64,000 bases of DNA from Pseudomonadota bacterium (GTDB lineage Bacteria; Pseudomonadota; Alphaproteobacteria; Paracaedibacterales; CAITNM01): positions 39,245 through 103,244 of the forward strand of contig JAGOSL010000001.1 of the NCBI GenBank assembly GCA_018062345.1, in the 5' to 3' direction. Below, piece by piece: positions 8,377-16,487 of this stretch (position 1 is its first letter; each line of letters opens with the position of its first letter). A model generated the notes under the pieces. The model made no database searches and was not told the DNA's origin. It worked only from the letters and a program-made list of their open reading frames with translations. Position numbers and translations under genes: made by a program.

Positions 8377-9223
8377 GTTCAAAGGGTCGATTGTTGCATT
8401 AGTGACTCCATTTAAAAACAATAGCCTGGATGAGCATGCACTTGTCAATCTGATTCATTGGCATGGAATGTCAGGTACTGCTGCTATTGTTGTGTGTGGT
8501 TCAACCGGTGAGGGGGCGTTGCTTACTTCTGGGGAGAGAGAACGACTTATTGAAATAGCAGTGAAAGAATCATCAATTCCTATTATTGTGGGGTGTGGAT
8601 CCCCTTCTACTTGGGCAGTGGTTGAACAAGCGCAGCAGGCTGAGCGATTGGGCGCAAAAGCAGTTCTAGTTGTGGCGCCGTATTATTGCAAGACAAGTCA
8701 AGAAGGTATGTATCAGCATTTTAGAGCTGTGCATGATGCTGCAAATTTACCTATGCTTTTATACAATAACCCTGGAAGGACTGTTTTAGAGATTTCAGTT
8801 GACACTGCTTTAAGGTTGTTTGAATTGGAACGTGTTGTGGGTATTAAAGACTCAACTGCAGATACAAGTAGGGCCGCTTTAATGAGAGGAGCTGTTAAAA
8901 AACAAGTTTGTTTGTTGAGTGGGGATGACCCTTATGCCGCAGGGTATTTGGGGCAAGGTGGTGATGGAGTTATTTCAATTACAGCGAATGTGCTGCCTGA
9001 AAAGATGGCTGCATTTGTTGAAGCATGGAATGCTAAAGATTTTGCCAAATTTCATGCGCTGAATCATGAGCTGATGCCAGTTCATTATGCGATGGTTGCT
9101 GAGCCGAACCCGATACCTGTGAAGGCGGCAGTGGAAGTGCTTGGGAGGTGTTCTGGAGAAGTGCGTTTGCCGCTGGTAAGGGCCGCGCCGGAGACCGTAG
9201 CGAAGTTGAAGGTGTTGCTGTAG
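8375..9223 (+). CDS. dapA: 4-hydroxy-tetrahydrodipicolinate synthase
   Basis: MFKGSIVALVTPF...CGSTGEGALLT...YNNPGRT... is the DapA signature. The N-terminus aligns with canonical DapA. Confidence 0.9.
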   Translation: MFKGSIVALVTPFKNNSLDEHALVNLIHWHGMSGTAAIVVCGSTGEGALLTSGERERLIEIAVKESSIPIIVGCGSPSTWAVVEQAQQAERLGAKAVLVVAPYYCKTSQEGMYQHFRAVHDAANLPMLLYNNPGRTVLEISVDTALRLFELERVVGIKDSTADTSRAALMRGAVKKQVCLLSGDDPYAAGYLGQGGDGVISITANVLPEKMAAFVEAWNAKDFAKFHALNHELMPVHYAMVAEPNPIPVKAAVEVLGRCSGEVRLPLVRAAPETVAKLKVLL

Positions 9224-9266
9224 CTACTGCTGAAATTTGCGATCAACTTTTGAAATGCTAAATTGG

Positions 9267-9331
9267 AATTTATAAAAACGCGGTAGTAAAATTTATAAAA
9301 ACGCGGTAATATAGCTTATAAAAATGCGGAT
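9267..9331 (+). repeat. Three direct repeats phased at 23 bp (AATTTATAAAAACGCGGTA x2 identical, third copy 14/19)
   Basis: Copies at 9267-9285, 9290-9308 and 9313-9331. They end 15 nt before the ATG of the ATPase gene, and each contains a TATAAA -10-like hexamer. Confidence 0.8.
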
Positions 9332-9345
9332 TTGTTTTTGCAAAA

Positions 9346-10587
9346 ATGTCGAAAAAAGAAAATTCTTTTTATGCGCGGATTCAAAAAGATAGTATTGACT
9401 TAGCGCTGCAATCAAGCAGAGTTATTCATTTGTCTGGCCCTCGTCAATGCGGAAAAACAACATTAGCAAGAATGATAGCGTCAGAAGAAAGTGACTATCG
9501 CACTTTAGATGATGAGATGTACTTGCAATCAGCGCGAATTGATCCTGGTAGTTTTGTCAAGCATGATAAAAAGCACCTAATCATTGATGAAATTCAGCGA
9601 GCGCCTCAACTTTTAATGGCTATTAAAAAAGTTGTCGATATGGATAATAGGACGGGTCAGTATATTTTAACGGGATCCTCTAATATTCAATCATTACCAG
9701 GTGTGACGGAATCCTTAGCGGGGCGTATTTATAAAATTCGGCTTAGAACATTAACAGAAGGGGAAATATTAGGATCTACGTCATCATTTTTAACAAGAGC
9801 ATTTTCTCAAATATTTAAAGGAAAAAGTATTTTAGATCGCGATACAATATTGGAAATTGGATTTTGTGGTGGATTTCCTGAAGCCGTACGTTTACCAAGT
9901 AAGATTCGGCCTATATGGCATAGAGAATATATTCATGCTCTTTTAGAAAGAGATTTAAAGGACATTGTTAAAATTCAGCGTTTTCAAGCGATGCATGATC
10001 TAATCAGGATTATGGCAAGCTGGTCATCAAAATTTATGGATCTATCGGCAATTGGGGCAAGCTTAGGGATATCTCGTCCTACTCTTGAAACGTACGTGAA
10101 TGCACTAGAAGCGATGTATATTATTGAACGAGTGAGACCATGGATACGTACTGATTATGATCGAGTAGGAAAGCATAGTAAAATTTTTATGACTGATTCT
10201 GGTCTGATGTCATCATTGCTTGGGTGGGGGATGGATCAGGTGCGGTTTGATTCCGATCGCTGCGGTAAGTTAGTAGAAACGTTAGTTTTTCATAGTTTAT
10301 CTGCGCTTATTGATGCCAGCTTTGGGAAGTATTCGCTGTACCATTACCGAGATCGTGAGAAACGTGAAATTGATTTTCTTGTTGAGCGTGAAGATGGGGC
10401 AATTATTGGAATAGAGGTTAAATCAAGTTCATCCGTTGGTAAGAATGACTTTAAGCATTTAGAATGGTTTAGAAAAAATATGGCCAAAGAAAATTCATTT
10501 ATTGGGTTGGTTCTATATACTGGAAAAGAAGCTTTACCATTTGGTAATGGATTTTGGGCTGTGCCAATTAGTGATTTGTGGAAATAA
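9346..10587 (+). CDS. AAA+ ATPase with DUF4143-type C-terminal domain (COG1373-like), function unknown
   Basis: Walker A GPRQCGKTTLA, Walker B LIIDEIQ, then a C-terminal region ending ...EIDFLVEREDGAIIGIEVKSS (restriction-endonuclease-like fold typical of this family). Confidence 0.7.
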   Translation: MSKKENSFYARIQKDSIDLALQSSRVIHLSGPRQCGKTTLARMIASEESDYRTLDDEMYLQSARIDPGSFVKHDKKHLIIDEIQRAPQLLMAIKKVVDMDNRTGQYILTGSSNIQSLPGVTESLAGRIYKIRLRTLTEGEILGSTSSFLTRAFSQIFKGKSILDRDTILEIGFCGGFPEAVRLPSKIRPIWHREYIHALLERDLKDIVKIQRFQAMHDLIRIMASWSSKFMDLSAIGASLGISRPTLETYVNALEAMYIIERVRPWIRTDYDRVGKHSKIFMTDSGLMSSLLGWGMDQVRFDSDRCGKLVETLVFHSLSALIDASFGKYSLYHYRDREKREIDFLVEREDGAIIGIEVKSSSSVGKNDFKHLEWFRKNMAKENSFIGLVLYTGKEALPFGNGFWAVPISDLWK

Positions 10588-10592
10588 GGCAT

Positions 10593-10620
10593 AAAAAAAC
10601 CCGCCGTGAAGGCGGGTTTT
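10593..10620. terminator. Bidirectional rho-independent terminator
   Basis: AAAAAAA-CCCGCC-GTGAA-GGCGGG-TTTT between convergent genes. Confidence 0.8.
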
Positions 10621-10637
10621 AATTGTTTTAGTCAAGC

Positions 10638-11258
10638 TTAGAACTTGTAACCTAAACCTAAAGTGAAGCGTTGTTGAGTTGCTTTAGAGGTCACGTCTGA
10701 ATCTTTCTCGCTAATTTTTGGTCCAAATACGTGCGTGAATTCACCGCGAAGGAAAATGTTCTTGTTTACAAACATATCCATACCTACTGAAGGTGCGAAT
10801 GAAATTTTTTGCTTCTTTCCGGCTGATTCACCATCAACTTTAGCTGACATTTTTGCTCTTTCTAGGCCAAGACCTAAGAAAAGCATAGATTGTGGAGAAA
10901 CAGTGTAACCTAAGCGAGCTTTTGCACCGTAATTGTAACCAATAGTAAGCGTAGATTTAACTCCAGTGTCATCAACTTGACTTATGTTTGTGTTGCCAAG
11001 ATTTAAATAAAGCTCAGCACCAACATATGCGCAAGAACCAACGCCCATTCCGTAACCAGCAAACAAACCGCCGACAAATCCTTTGCCGCCAAGATTACCT
11101 TTGGTGTCTGTAGCTTTATCTTTGACTTGAATGGTTGCTGAGTTTGCTCCAGCTTGAGCACCAGCATAAAATCCGCTGAAAGATGAAGCACAAGAATCAG
11201 CAAATGCTGTTGCGCTTAGTAAAGAAGCAGTAGCTACTGCCATTGTAAATTTTTTCAT
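10638..11258 (-). CDS. Small outer-membrane beta-barrel protein (Omp25/OmpA-like beta-barrel family)
   Basis: Signal peptide MKKFTMAVATASLLSATAFA, alternating amphipathic strands, C-terminal ...FTLGLGYKF. Confidence 0.7.
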   Translation of the reverse strand: MKKFTMAVATASLLSATAFADSCASSFSGFYAGAQAGANSATIQVKDKATDTKGNLGGKGFVGGLFAGYGMGVGSCAYVGAELYLNLGNTNISQVDDTGVKSTLTIGYNYGAKARLGYTVSPQSMLFLGLGLERAKMSAKVDGESAGKKQKISFAPSVGMDMFVNKNIFLRGEFTHVFGPKISEKDSDVTSKATQQRFTLGLGYKF

Positions 11259-11342
11259 ATTATCTCCTAAAAAAATAAAATAGTTATCCTACTAAGGGGA
11301 ATATATATGAAAGGTTATTTGTTCTCTACCAATAATGGCAAA

Positions 11343-11372
11343 TTGCAGCGCTGATTCACAGAAGCGTTGCAA
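11343..11372 (-). terminator. Possible terminator hairpin after ctrA
   Basis: TTGCAGCGCT-N10-AGCGTTGCAA (9/10 complementary), about 20 nt downstream of the ctrA stop. Confidence 0.3.
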
Positions 11373-11391
11373 TATTGCATCAGTTTTCGGT

Positions 11392-12150
11392 TTATAAAAC
11401 CGGAGATCCATGGTGTGCGTGGCTTAACGACTTTGGTAGTGCTGTTTTTTCAGGAAGTGTAAAGAGAGAGTCTGTTTCTGGATCACGTAAAACATATCCA
11501 CGTCCCCACACCGTTTCTATGATGTTGTCATGACCTAGAGCTTCTGTCAACTTACGACGAAGCTTGCAAATAAATACGTCGATGATTTTTAATTCTGGTT
11601 CATCCATACCGCCATAAAGGTGGTTCAAAAACATTTCTTTCGTAAGGGTTGTGCCTTTGCGTAGTGCCAGTAATTCTAAGATAGCGTATTCTTTTCCAGT
11701 GAGGTTGATAGTTGATTTATCAACACTTGCAGTGCGATTTTGTAAGTTTACAACTAATTTTCCTGCACGAATAATTGAGTCACTGTGGCCACGTGAGCGA
11801 CGCACAATAGCGTGAATACGAGCTAATAATTCATTTTTGCTGAATGGTTTGGTTAAATAATCGTCAGCGCCGAATCCGAAGCCTTTGACTTTATCTTCTG
11901 TGTCATTTAGGCCAGAGAGGACAAGTACAGGGGTTTTGATTTGAGAAGAGCGGAGCCTTCGTAAGAGTTCAAAGCCATCCATGTCGGGTAGCATGAGATC
12001 GAGAATGATTAAATCATATTCGTAGATTTTTCCAATTTCTAGGCCATCCTCACCTAAATCAGTACAATCCACCACAAAACCTTCCGATTTTAGAGTGCTT
12101 GTAAGGCCTTTTGCTGTTGCTGAATCGTCTTCAATAAGTAGAATGCGCAT
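11392..12150 (-). CDS. ctrA: Cell-cycle response regulator CtrA (OmpR family)
   Basis: [27 protein letters not shown]...[30 protein letters not shown]...[29 protein letters not shown] closely follows the CtrA sequence as I remember it from Caulobacter and Rickettsia. Confidence 0.85.
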   Translation of the reverse strand: MRILLIEDDSATAKGLTSTLKSEGFVVDCTDLGEDGLEIGKIYEYDLIILDLMLPDMDGFELLRRLRSSQIKTPVLVLSGLNDTEDKVKGFGFGADDYLTKPFSKNELLARIHAIVRRSRGHSDSIIRAGKLVVNLQNRTASVDKSTINLTGKEYAILELLALRKGTTLTKEMFLNHLYGGMDEPELKIIDVFICKLRRKLTEALGHDNIIETVWGRGYVLRDPETDSLFTLPEKTALPKSLSHAHHGSPVL

Positions 12151-12242
12151 ATAATACTCACAATGTATTGCCTAGTTTCTAAATATTATCAAAAATTTTA
12201 AATTTTAACGAGGTTTTTATTTGTGTGTTTTGTTAAGGAAAA

Positions 12243-12257
12243 TTAACAAAATTTTAA
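12243..12257. promoter_or_regulatory. TTAA-N7-TTAA (CtrA-box-like) in the ctrA upstream region
   Basis: TTAACAAAATTTTAA about 95 bp upstream of the ctrA start. The motif is easy to hit by chance in AT-rich DNA. Confidence 0.2.
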
Positions 12258-12344
12258 TAGTATTAACTTTGGTTAACAGAATTAGTGATTGTTATTCAAC
12301 TTTTTTTGCTTGCAAGAATATAAACGTAATACGGCATCTACCCA

Positions 12345-12888
12345 CTGGACCCCGACCTTCGTCGGGGCGACGAACTTTGGCCTTACTTTGTTTAGCATAA
12401 CAGTGGGAATGAAAGCTTGCACACGGCATTTTTAAATGATTAGGAAATGATGGAACTGGACCCCGACTTTAGTTGGGGCGACGAACTTTGGCCTTACTTT
12501 GTTCAGCATAACAGTGGGAATGAAAGCTTGCACACTGCATTTTTGAATGATTGGGAAATGATGGAACTGGACCCCGACCTTCGTCGGGGCGACGAACTTT
12601 GGCCCTACTTTGTTCAGCATAACAGTGGAAATGAAAGCTTGCTCACTGCATTTTTGAATGATTGGGAAATGATGGAACTGGACCCCGACCTTCGTCGGGG
12701 CGACGAACTTTGGCCCTACTTTGTTTAGCATAACAGTGGGAATGAAAGCTTGCACACTGGGTTTTTGAATGATTGGGAAATGATGGAACTGGACCCCGAC
12801 CTTCGTCGGGGCGACGAACTTTGGCCCTACTTTGTTTAGCATAACAGGGGAAATGAAAGCTTGCACGCTGGGTTTATAAATGAGCTGG
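12345..12888. repeat. Tandem array, about 4.9 copies of a 111-bp unit with overlapping palindromes
   Basis: Unit starts at 12345, 12456, 12567, 12678 and 12789 (period exactly 111). Each begins CTGGACCCCGACCTTCGTCGGGGCGACGAAC. The last copy decays into the final codons and stop of tgt. Confidence 0.95.
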
Positions 12889-14061
12889 GTGGCACCATTC
12901 TTTTTGGCAATTATCAAGTGTGTCGTTTTGCAGAGCTTCGCGAATCGCTTTCATAAGTTTATTCATAAAATATACGTTATGGATTGAAATTAGGGTAAAT
13001 GCTAGCATTTCTTGAGCTTTTATAAGGTGGTTAAGGTATCCTCGGCTGGCCCAACTACATGTTTCGCATGTGCAATTCTGTTCAATGGGTTGGTTGTCAT
13101 TAATATAGGTGCTATTGCGCAAATTAATGTGTTCTCGGGTGGTGCTTGGGTTGTTGGCTGGTTTGACCAGAGCTCCTCCATGGCGGGCAAGCCTTGTTGG
13201 GTGCACACAGTCAAAGGTGTCAATTCCCTGGCGAACGCCTGAAAATATATCAGAAATTCCGCCGATGCCTAACAAATGCACGGGGCGGTCTTTTCTTACT
13301 TTTTCCATAGTAAAACAAACAACATCATGCATCTGATTTTTGTTTGCGCCCAAACATCCGCCTACGGCTGTTCCGAAGAAATTGTGCTCATTTGTGAATT
13401 CGCAGCTTTCTTGGCGAAGTTGGGGATAAATACCCCCTTGAATGATTCCGTATAGTTTTTGAGTGCCGTTATCATGAAGTTGCCATTCGTTTAAAGAACG
13501 TAGAGCCCATCTGTGGCTCATGTGCATTGATTTTTGTGTGTAGCTTTGATCGACATGATAAGGAGTGCATTCATCCAAAACTACTATTAAATCAGCGCCG
13601 AGGTTGCGTTGAACGCTGATTGATTCTTCAGGGGTGAGAAAATAAATTTTACCATCAATATAAGATTTAAATTTTGCGCCTTCTTCTGTTATGCGCAATA
13701 GAGTTTTTGGGTGATTGGTTGATCTATTGCCTTTTATTTCGGAGGCAACTGAGCCATGACCAAGGCTGAAAATTTGAAATCCACCTGAATCGGTAAGCAT
13801 GGGGCCGTTCCATCCAGTCATTTTTTGCAACCCGCCAAGAGCCCTAACAGTTTCACCGCCTGGTTGTAGCATGAGATGATAAGTGTTTGATAAAATGATT
13901 TGCGTGTCGGCATTCTTCATTTGAACTGGAGTTAGTGCTTTCATGGCAGCTTTGGTTGCGCAGAAAATGAATGCAGGTGTTTGTATTGTTCCGTGAGGAG
14001 TTGTAAGTGAACCTAAGCGTCCTTGGGGGGTGGATTTTAAAATGTCAAATTTAAATGTCAT
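12874..14061 (-). CDS. tgt: Queuine tRNA-ribosyltransferase
   Basis: ...LTDSGGFQIFSL...VLDECTPY...LLGIGG...CTCETCS... carries Tgt catalytic and zinc-site motifs. Confidence 0.9.
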   Translation of the reverse strand: MTFKFDILKSTPQGRLGSLTTPHGTIQTPAFIFCATKAAMKALTPVQMKNADTQIILSNTYHLMLQPGGETVRALGGLQKMTGWNGPMLTDSGGFQIFSLGHGSVASEIKGNRSTNHPKTLLRITEEGAKFKSYIDGKIYFLTPEESISVQRNLGADLIVVLDECTPYHVDQSYTQKSMHMSHRWALRSLNEWQLHDNGTQKLYGIIQGGIYPQLRQESCEFTNEHNFFGTAVGGCLGANKNQMHDVVCFTMEKVRKDRPVHLLGIGGISDIFSGVRQGIDTFDCVHPTRLARHGGALVKPANNPSTTREHINLRNSTYINDNQPIEQNCTCETCSWASRGYLNHLIKAQEMLAFTLISIHNVYFMNKLMKAIREALQNDTLDNCQKEWCHPAHL

Positions 14062-14797
14062 AAGGCTTTAATCTATAACTTATATATAAGAGTGGAGTTG
14101 AAAGGATGGAAATGAGGGCTCTTAGCATTTGAGAAAAGCCAATAAATCCAATTACAACTGTGGAAATAGGCAGTGGTGACGGCGCAAGAACAATCCAAGC
14201 TAAAAAGCTAAAAACGACTGTGTCAAAAACTCCAGAAATCAACGTTGATGCATTGCCGCGGATCCATAAATAGCTTCCACCATGACGTTTTTTTAAAGCG
14301 GAAAATATGTAAATATCTATGTGTTGAGAAACGACAAAAGCTACTAAGCTTGCGAATAATAATCGTAGGGATGGTGTAAAAAGAGTCTCTAAGGCTGTTT
14401 GCGCTAGACTTTTCTCACTTCCTATTTCTGGGTGACTAATCACAAGTGCCATGCTAATAGTGACAAAAACTTGCATTAAAAATATTAGGTAGATTGTTTT
14501 TTTTGCAAGTGCAGCGCCGTAATGTTCGGTTATCAGATCGCTTGTAGTAAAAAGAGTTGTAAAAACAACTGTTCCTAAAGCAATGGGCTCATTAATAAAA
14601 GGGAATACGCCTAACTTTAAGACTTGCATGTTGGCGATGGTGATAGCTAGCACGCTGTAACATACTAATCCAAAGGCACCGAAATACTTAAAGCTAAGCA
14701 GGATAAAGACAACACAAACAAGAAAACTTATTACCGGCAACGCTTCCACCGGAAGTGTTTTTAGAGCTTCAATAAAATCAAGAAAAAGACTGTCCAC
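14051..14797 (-). CDS. yhhQ: Queuosine-precursor transporter (YhhQ / VUT family, DUF165)
   Basis: Polytopic membrane protein with LWIRGNASTLISGVFDTVVFSFLAW (YhhQ-family motif). Overlaps tgt by 11 nt. Confidence 0.7.
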   Translation of the reverse strand: MDSLFLDFIEALKTLPVEALPVISFLVCVVFILLSFKYFGAFGLVCYSVLAITIANMQVLKLGVFPFINEPIALGTVVFTTLFTTSDLITEHYGAALAKKTIYLIFLMQVFVTISMALVISHPEIGSEKSLAQTALETLFTPSLRLLFASLVAFVVSQHIDIYIFSALKKRHGGSYLWIRGNASTLISGVFDTVVFSFLAWIVLAPSPLPISTVVIGFIGFSQMLRALISILSTPLLYISYRLKPYDI

Positions 14798-15615
14798 TAT
14801 AAATTTTTTATTTTTTGAGCTTCGTGATCTTCTAGCCAGATACCATCATGCATCAGTTTTTGGGTTTGGATATCGCCAAAATCTTGTGCTGGACTATATG
14901 GCAATTGACTTGCTGCTTGATAATAGGCCCCTTGGAAAGAGATGTTCATATCGGCGCATAGTTTTTCTAGTGATTGTATATGTTCTATTCGATCATCAAC
15001 AAATACCAATTTAGAGGGTTTTCCATATTTCTTGGTAAAGTTTATTAATGTCTGTGCTTTAGTATGGTTTCCTGTAAAGAGAATTCCTTGATATAACGTG
15101 GCTGGTTTTTCGCTATCAATGAGTATTTCAACAGAATTTTCAGCATAAGGACTAAATGTTATGTTGAGGTTTCTTAGTTCCTGAGCCCGCCATTTTTCCA
15201 TAGATGAAATTTTTCCAAAATGCCCTGTGTGCATTTGCGTTAGGGCAATAACGATGACGCCTCTTTCTTTTAAAGTATCAATGATTGCAGGCCATTCGTT
15301 TTCAACAAGCGTAACATCGCGACTTAAGCGCCAAATGGAAATGGTTAGGGATGAATCGGGGAGAGTTTTTAGGTGATCGATGAATTTGTGATGAGGGGAT
15401 TTTGTGCGAAACATTGCGGCTTTTGGCGTAATGATCGTGTCATCTATATCAACTACTAGCCAATCTCCTGGTTGAAGTTGGTCAAGACAGGGTTGCAGGG
15501 TCTTTATCGAAATGCATTCCATAACGCCACCAAAAACTGCGAAGTTAAAAATAAAGGCGTGCAAAAACACGCCTAGAAATTTTGAAAATAGATAATGCTT
15601 ATTTTTTTGCATCAA
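14797..15615 (-). CDS. HAD-superfamily-like protein with N-terminal hydrophobic segment (DUF2608-like by memory)
   Basis: DIDDTIITP (DxDxT HAD motif I) and a later FVDDR (motif IV-like). Function unknown. 1-nt overlap with yhhQ and 17-nt overlap with rpmB. Confidence 0.5.
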   Translation of the reverse strand: MMQKNKHYLFSKFLGVFLHAFIFNFAVFGGVMECISIKTLQPCLDQLQPGDWLVVDIDDTIITPKAAMFRTKSPHHKFIDHLKTLPDSSLTISIWRLSRDVTLVENEWPAIIDTLKERGVIVIALTQMHTGHFGKISSMEKWRAQELRNLNITFSPYAENSVEILIDSEKPATLYQGILFTGNHTKAQTLINFTKKYGKPSKLVFVDDRIEHIQSLEKLCADMNISFQGAYYQAASQLPYSPAQDFGDIQTQKLMHDGIWLEDHEAQKIKNL

Positions 15616-15889
15616 GCCGTTTTGCGATAACTTTTTTTAAAGGTAACACTTCAGCTGTTAATTTACGCTTCGGGGTTGAAATTAGATAAGCATCTAAGCC
15701 ACCATGAAATTCAATTGTGCGAATTGCACGAGTTGAAAGGCGAAGGCTGATAGTTCTGCCAAGAGCTTCACTTAAAAAAGATACATTTTGTAGATTAGGT
15801 AAAAAACGGCGATTTGACTTGTTATTCGCGTGGCTAACATTATGGCCAAACAACACACCTTTTCCTGTTAATGCACAACGACGCGCCAT
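15599..15889 (-). CDS. rpmB: 50S ribosomal protein L28
   Basis: MARRCALTGKGVLFGHNVSHANNKSNRRFLPNLQ... Confidence 0.9.
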   Translation of the reverse strand: MARRCALTGKGVLFGHNVSHANNKSNRRFLPNLQNVSFLSEALGRTISLRLSTRAIRTIEFHGGLDAYLISTPKRKLTAEVLPLKKVIAKRLDAKK

Positions 15890-15950
15890 TTATTTTTTCC
15901 TTACAATAATTTTCGTTATTTATAGCACAATATTGGAGGGGGCAGTCAAG

Positions 15951-15985
15951 CGTAAAAAACGTTCTAAAACCCAACACCTTTTGTG
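15951..15985. repeat. Direct repeat copy A (duplicate of the 3' end of the ferredoxin-NADP reductase gene)
   Basis: CGTAAAAAACGTTCTAAAACCCAACACCTTTTGTG is identical to 16586-16619 except for one extra A. Confidence 0.9.
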
Positions 15986-16270
15986 TTAGTGGTGAATTTT
16001 TTTATAGATTTCTTTACGATGGCCGATTGCTACAGCAACAATTATGAGCTTTCCTTTGTCTACGTTGCAAATAGCACGATAATTTCCAACACGAAACCTC
16101 TATAATCCTTCCATTTCTCCAGAAAGGGAGGAAGCAAAAATTAGTGGATTTGGAGCTGTTAGTATGCGGTCTTCGAAATAGTCTAAAATTCTGGATTGTG
16201 TATCTTTTGGTAATTTGGAAAATTGTTTTTTAACATCGGTTTCAAAGAGAAGTTGCCAGATTTTAATCAC
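15986..16270 (-). pseudogene. RelE/ParE-family toxin, interrupted by an in-frame TAG
   Basis: Own translation from GTG 16270: VIKIWQLLFETDVKKQFSKLPKDTQSRILDYFEDRILTAPNPLIFASSLSGEMEGL*RFRVGNYRAICNVDKGKLIIVAVAIGHRKEIYKKIHH. TAG at 16102-16100 sits where this family usually has W or Y (GLWRxRVGDYR). The 8-nt GTGATTAA overlap with the antitoxin stop is typical. Confidence 0.75.
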
Positions 16271-16487
16271 GTTCTAGCTCAAGCTCTTTGCGCATATCTT
16301 CAAGAGAAGTTGCTTTGCGTCCAGATGCTAAATAGCGTTGATATCCTTGAATGCCTATATAATAATCATGTTGGTCTTCCAAGTATTCTTCTAGAGCGCT
16401 TAAAACAAGATTTGACGGTTCTATTGAGAGTTTTTTTGAAACCTCAAGTAAGAATTTTTCTAGGTCTTTTGGAATATCAATTTGCAT
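16263..16487 (-). CDS. Ribbon-helix-helix antitoxin (RelB/ParD/CopG-like)
   Basis: 74 aa. MQIDIPKDLEKFLLEVSKKL...LEEYLEDQHDYYIGIQGYQRYLASGRKATSLEDMRKELELE is a typical RHH antitoxin layout, directly upstream of the toxin remnant. Confidence 0.65.
   Translation of the reverse strand: MQIDIPKDLEKFLLEVSKKLSIEPSNLVLSALEEYLEDQHDYYIGIQGYQRYLASGRKATSLEDMRKELELERD

Noticed and set aside
9267-10620. Tn7-like or other transposon end (multiple phased about 22-bp repeats next to an ATPase)
   Set aside because: The window has no transposase, TnsB/TnsC-like genes or inverted partner repeats, and the ATPase is DUF4143-type rather than TnsC-like.
12345-12888. CRISPR array
   Set aside because: The entire 111-bp unit repeats head to tail with no unique spacers, and no cas genes are present.
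12432-12917. 161-aa minus-strand ORF and 93-aa plus-strand ORF (12447-12728) inside the 111-bp repeat array, considered as CDS features
   Set aside because: They are open only because the repeat length is a multiple of 3. The minus ORF begins at a TTG inside tgt in another frame. The plus ORF is broken by TAG in 3 of 5 copies, and neither has a convincing RBS. I kept this as an open question in the findings rather than calling a gene.
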